A DNA stretch of 8,831 bases from positions 1 through 8,831 of IMG/VR virus record IMGVR_UViG_3300029878_000286; one strand, given 5' to 3'. This document shows positions 5,765 through 8,831 of this stretch, in pieces; the stretch's first letter is position 1; each line of letters begins with the position of its first letter. Source of the stretch: a virus (Duplodnaviria > Heunggongvirae > Uroviricota > Caudoviricetes). The notes beneath the pieces were generated by a model. The model saw only the letters and a list, made by a program, of their open reading frames with translations. It did not search any database and was not told the origin of the DNA. A program made the translations under genes and the position numbers.

Positions 5765-7450
5765 TTATCCTAATCCTGGCCATACCATGACGATGATTGT
5801 CCCTGCCAGCGTCAGCAGGACGTTGGCGATTGCGTAGGTGCCCGCATAGCCCAGCGCAGGGATGTTACTGCGAGCTGTATCACTGATGATCTCCATTGCC
5901 GGCGCGCAGGTGCGTGCGCCCATCATTGCGCCGAACAACAGTGCGCGGTTCATTCGCAATACATAAGCACCGAACAAGAAACAGATAACCACGGGCACAA
6001 GACTGACAATTAATCCGGCAATCAACATCTGACCGCCAATCGCGCCCAGGCCGTTATTAATACCGCTACCGGCGCTCAGACCAACGCCTGCCATAAACAC
6101 CATCAAGCCGAACTCTTTCACCATGCTTAATGCACCTTGCGGAATGTAACCGAAGGTCGGGTGGTTAGCACGCATAAAGCCCAGCATAATTCCGGCGAAT
6201 AACAACCCGGCAGCGTTCCCCATGCCGAAACTGAATGTGCTGAACTGGAAGGTGATCATCCCGATCATCAGCCCAATAACAAAGAAGGCGCAAAATGCCA
6301 GCAGGTCAGTGACCTGGCTGTGAATCGAGATAAAGCCGATGCGATCGGCGATGGTTTTTACGCGACGGGCATCACCGCTGACTTGTAAAACGTCACCTTT
6401 GTTAAGCACGACGTTGTCATCTATCGGCATCTCAATCTGGCTACGAATGACGCGGTTAAGGAAGCAACCGTGATCGGTCAACTTCAGTTGTGCGAGACGT
6501 TTACCTACAGCGTTATGGTTTTTAACGACCACTTCTTCAGTGACGATACGCATGTCGAGAAGGTCACGATCGAAAACTTCTTTACCGTTACGGAAGCTGG
6601 GATCGAGTCGGGCATGGGCGTCGGGATAGCCTACCAACGCTATTTCATCGCCCATTTGTAGCACGGCATCACCGTCTGGATTTGCCAGAATCCCGTTACG
6701 TCGAATACGTTCAATGTAGCAGCCGGTTTGTCGATAAATACCCAGTTCACGCAGATTTTTGCCGTCGGTCCAGGCCACCAGCTCCGGGCCGACGCGATAG
6801 GCGCGGATCACCGGTAAATAAACCTTACGGTTGGCATCAGTGTCCAGGCCACGTTCGCGGGCGATTTGCTGGGCGCTGGTCTGTAAGTCCTGATGCTGCA
6901 ATTTCGGCAAGTAACGCGCACCAACAATCAAACTCACCAGACCGATTAAATAGGTTAAGGCATACCCGAGGCTCAGATTATCCAGTGCCAGTGAGAGCTG
7001 CCTGCTTTCCATGCCGGAATGACGCAGTGTATCGCCAGCACCGACCAGAACCGGTGTCGACGTCATAGAGCCTGCTAACATACCGGCCGTCAGGCCAATA
7101 TCCCAGCCAAACAGCTTACCTAACCCTAAGGCGATCACCAGCGCACTGCCAACCATCACCAGTGCTAACATTAGGTAATTTTTCCCATCGCGAAAAAAAA
7201 TGGAAAAAAAGTTCGGTCCGGCTTCAACCCCAACACAGAAAATAAACAGCATAAAGCCAAGATTAAGCGCATCGGTGTTAATGCTGAAATGATGTTGGCC
7301 TAATAACAGCGATACGACTAAAACGCCAATGGAATTACCCAGTTGGATCGAACCAAGTCGTAACTTTCCGAGACATAGCCCAAGCGCGAGGACCACAAAT
7401 AATAACAGAATGTAATTCCCATTTAACAATTCGGCGACGTTTATATTCAC
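5765..7450 (-). CDS. ybjL: Putative transport protein YbjL (561 aa; AAE-family transporter with two TrkA-C-like domains)
   Basis: The translation [33 protein letters not shown]... matches E. coli YbjL as I recall it, with multiple hydrophobic segments and a central soluble region. The start is GTG at 7450-7448. Confidence 0.93.
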   Translation of the reverse strand: MNINVAELLNGNYILLLFVVLALGLCLGKLRLGSIQLGNSIGVLVVSLLLGQHHFSINTDALNLGFMLFIFCVGVEAGPNFFSIFFRDGKNYLMLALVMVGSALVIALGLGKLFGWDIGLTAGMLAGSMTSTPVLVGAGDTLRHSGMESRQLSLALDNLSLGYALTYLIGLVSLIVGARYLPKLQHQDLQTSAQQIARERGLDTDANRKVYLPVIRAYRVGPELVAWTDGKNLRELGIYRQTGCYIERIRRNGILANPDGDAVLQMGDEIALVGYPDAHARLDPSFRNGKEVFDRDLLDMRIVTEEVVVKNHNAVGKRLAQLKLTDHGCFLNRVIRSQIEMPIDDNVVLNKGDVLQVSGDARRVKTIADRIGFISIHSQVTDLLAFCAFFVIGLMIGMITFQFSTFSFGMGNAAGLLFAGIMLGFMRANHPTFGYIPQGALSMVKEFGLMVFMAGVGLSAGSGINNGLGAIGGQMLIAGLIVSLVPVVICFLFGAYVLRMNRALLFGAMMGARTCAPAMEIISDTARSNIPALGYAGTYAIANVLLTLAGTIIVMVWPGLG

Positions 7451-7719
7451 GGAGGCTAACTTCTTGTTTACTAGTAAGCTGTTGAAAGAAATGGTAATTT
7501 ACGATAATGTTTTTTACCAGAATTCAGGGCGCAGATTCATTCAGCGCACCTAAACGATAGTAAAGTAACAATATATTTTACTAGTGTAATCACATTAGGT
7601 ATCAACGGCTATATGAATTGCGTTGGCCTATATTAGCATGGAATGCGAAGCGGCTTTATCTTACTGAACGCCACACTGGCGAAAAATGTGTTCGATAGAC
7701 GCAGTGTCAGGAGGAACGA

Positions 7720-8097
7720 GTGAAACATAAACAACGTTGGGCGGGGGCAATCTGCTGTTTTGTCCTCTTCATTGTGGTGTGCCTTTTTCTGGCGACGCAC
7801 ATGAAAGGCGCTTTTCGGGCTGCCGGGCATCCTGAAATCGGCTTGCTGTTTTTCATTCTTCCTGGAGCAGTTGCCAGTTTCTTTTCACAGCGTAGAGAAG
7901 TCCTGAAACCTCTGTTTGGCGCAATGCTGGCGGCACCCTGTTCAATGCTTATTATGCGGCTGTTTTTTTCACCGACCCGCTCATTCTGGCAAGAGCTGGC
8001 ATGGTTACTAAGCGCGGTGTTCTGGTGTGCGCTGGGGGCACTGTGTTTCTTATTTATCAGTAGTTTGTTTAAACCACAGCACAGAAAAAATCAGTAA
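7720..8097 (+). CDS. ybjM: Inner-membrane protein YbjM (125 aa)
   Basis: GTG start at 7720 with aggagga 5 nt upstream; stop TAA at 8095-8097. The hydrophobic translation MKHKQRWAGAICCFVLFIVVCLFLATH... matches E. coli YbjM as I recall it. Confidence 0.88.
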   Translation: MKHKQRWAGAICCFVLFIVVCLFLATHMKGAFRAAGHPEIGLLFFILPGAVASFFSQRREVLKPLFGAMLAAPCSMLIMRLFFSPTRSFWQELAWLLSAVFWCALGALCFLFISSLFKPQHRKNQ

Positions 8098-8117
8098 AGC
8101 CCTCAACGTGAGGGCTT
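8097..8117. terminator. Hairpin between convergent ybjM and grxA, possible bidirectional terminator
   Basis: aagccctca / tgagggctt form a 9-bp stem with a 3-nt loop (acg) immediately after the ybjM stop and 10 nt before the grxA stop. The flanking U-runs are weak on both strands. Confidence 0.4.
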
Positions 8118-8126
8118 GTCAGACGA

Positions 8127-8384
8127 TCAGGCGTCCAGATTTTCTTTCACCCATGCAGCAAAATCGGTATAGCCGCCGATATGTTGCTGATCGACAAAAA
8201 TCTGCGGCACGGTTTCTACGGGTTTACCTGCCTTTTGTTGTAGATCTTCTTTAGTGATCCCTTCCGCACGAATATCAACATACTGATACTGAAAATCATC
8301 GCGTTCATTGCTCAATTTCTCAGCCAGATCTTTTGCACGCACACAGTAAGGGCAACCCGGACGACCAAAAATAACGGTTTGCAT
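8127..8384 (-). CDS. grxA: Glutaredoxin 1 (85 aa)
   Basis: ATG at 8384-8382 with gaggag 7 nt upstream on the minus strand (the ORF track starts 5 codons further upstream, inside that SD). The translation MQTVIFGRPGCPYCVRAKDLAEKL... has the CPYC glutaredoxin active site and matches E. coli GrxA. Confidence 0.95.
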   Translation of the reverse strand: MQTVIFGRPGCPYCVRAKDLAEKLSNERDDFQYQYVDIRAEGITKEDLQQKAGKPVETVPQIFVDQQHIGGYTDFAAWVKENLDA

Positions 8385-8543
8385 TATTTCTCTCCTCATA
8401 GATTTATGCCTGTAATGATCACGCTAAAATGTATTCGCTGAAAGTAGGTTTAACCTGTTGCATTAATTGCTAAAAGCTATAACTGTTAAACACAATACAG
8501 TGAAAAGTTTTAGACTGAAGGCTCACTTTGCAGAGGGAAGCGT
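8385..8543. promoter_or_regulatory. Divergent promoter region for grxA (leftward) and ybjC-nfsA (rightward); individual sites not mapped
   Basis: A 159-bp AT-rich intergenic region between divergent start codons. In E. coli grxA belongs to the OxyR regulon and nfsA (co-transcribed with ybjC) to the SoxS/MarA/Rob regulon. I could not place the hexamers or activator boxes confidently by eye. Confidence 0.4.
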
Positions 8544-8831
8544 ATGCGCGCGATCGGTAAATTGCCTAAAGGCGTGTTGATACTGGAATTTATCGGAATG
8601 ATGCTACTGGCGGTGGCGCTGCTGTCGGTAAGCGACTCCCTGTCGCTGCCTGAGCCATTTTCTCGGCCAGAAGTGCAGATTCTGATGATTTTTCTCGGTG
8701 TTTTGCTCATGCTTCCCGCTGCGGTGGTGGTTATTCTTCAGGTGGCAAAACGTCTTGCCCCACAGCTGATGAACCGTCCACCGCAATATTCACGTTCAGA
8801 AAGAGAAAAAGATAATGACGCCAACCATTGA
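8544..8831 (+). CDS. ybjC: Inner-membrane protein YbjC (95 aa)
   Basis: ATG at 8544 with gaggga upstream; stop TGA at 8829-8831. The translation MRAIGKLPKGVLILEFIGMMLLAVALL... matches E. coli YbjC. Its last 17 nt overlap the nfsA start. Confidence 0.9.
   Translation: MRAIGKLPKGVLILEFIGMMLLAVALLSVSDSLSLPEPFSRPEVQILMIFLGVLLMLPAAVVVILQVAKRLAPQLMNRPPQYSRSEREKDNDANH
8815..8831 (+). CDS. nfsA: 5' end (first 5 codons) of oxygen-insensitive NADPH nitroreductase NfsA; truncated by the window edge
   Basis: ATG at 8815 followed by acg cca acc att ga, giving MTPTI(E), the N-terminus of E. coli NfsA as I recall it. It overlaps the ybjC 3' end out of frame, consistent with the ybjC-nfsA operon. Confidence 0.6.

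Noticed and set aside
6470-7068. Plus-strand ORFs (63 and 128 aa) inside ybjL
   Set aside because: Antisense to a conserved core transporter gene; Arg/Pro-rich shadow-frame composition.
7190-7210. Homopolymer runs (A8 and A7 on the plus strand) inside ybjL as a possible slipped-strand phase-variation site
   Set aside because: They encode the in-frame FFSIFF segment of the native YbjL sequence as I recall it. The runs are short for a contingency locus and the reading frame is intact.
7633-7830. 65-aa minus-strand ORF across the ybjM start
   Set aside because: Overlaps the ybjM RBS and start on the opposite strand, with no RBS of its own. ybjM has a strong aggagga SD.
8027-8254. 75-aa plus-strand ORF spanning the ybjM 3' end and antisense to grxA
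   Set aside because: Overlaps two confidently identified genes. The ORF-track N-terminal extension of grxA (MRREI...) was also rejected because its extra codons are the Shine-Dalgarno sequence of the true start.
8510-8786. Two minus-strand ORFs (66 and 60 aa) antisense to ybjC
   Set aside because: Inside a conserved membrane-protein gene on the opposite strand, with no translation signals.
1-8831. CRISPR arrays, IS elements and transposase genes
   Set aside because: No regularly spaced direct repeats and no transposase-like ORFs were seen. Mobility is attributable only to the tyrosine integrase.

Overview
This window looks like an Escherichia coli-type chromosome carrying a heavily deleted P2-family prophage remnant next to a conserved core-gene block. 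All homology calls below are made by eye from the translations and from memory of the protein families; none has been checked by a search.

The right third (about 5765-8831) is the conserved block ybjL (-), ybjM (+), grxA (-), ybjC (+) and the first 17 nt of nfsA (+).

The left part (at least 442-5529, probably about 334-5610) is a roughly 5 kb remnant resembling coliphage 186 / Fels-2. Its gene order is: int (-), a small secreted cysteine-rich peptide gene (-), cI-like repressor (-), a face-to-face switch region, then on the plus strand an Apl/Cox-like gene, a CII-like gene, a Fil-like gene, two small hypothetical ORFs, a TraR/DksA-type zinc-finger gene, a chimeric ORF and an Ogr/B-type late activator. 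The chimeric ORF joins the 5' portion of a dam-type methyltransferase gene (through the DPPY motif) in frame to the 3' end of tail gene D. The replication gene, lysis genes and all capsid and tail genes are missing.

The most interesting items are the small secreted peptide gene sitting inside the lysogeny operon between cI and int, the in-frame dam'-'D deletion junction, the retention of the Ogr late activator together with an apparently intact integrase and immunity switch, and an unrecognised AT-rich 110-aa ORF at the left edge (1-333).

The ORF track evidently translates GTG/TTG starts as M, so several starts were re-assigned to in-frame ATG codons with better Shine-Dalgarno spacing. No tRNA, rRNA, CRISPR array or IS element was seen.
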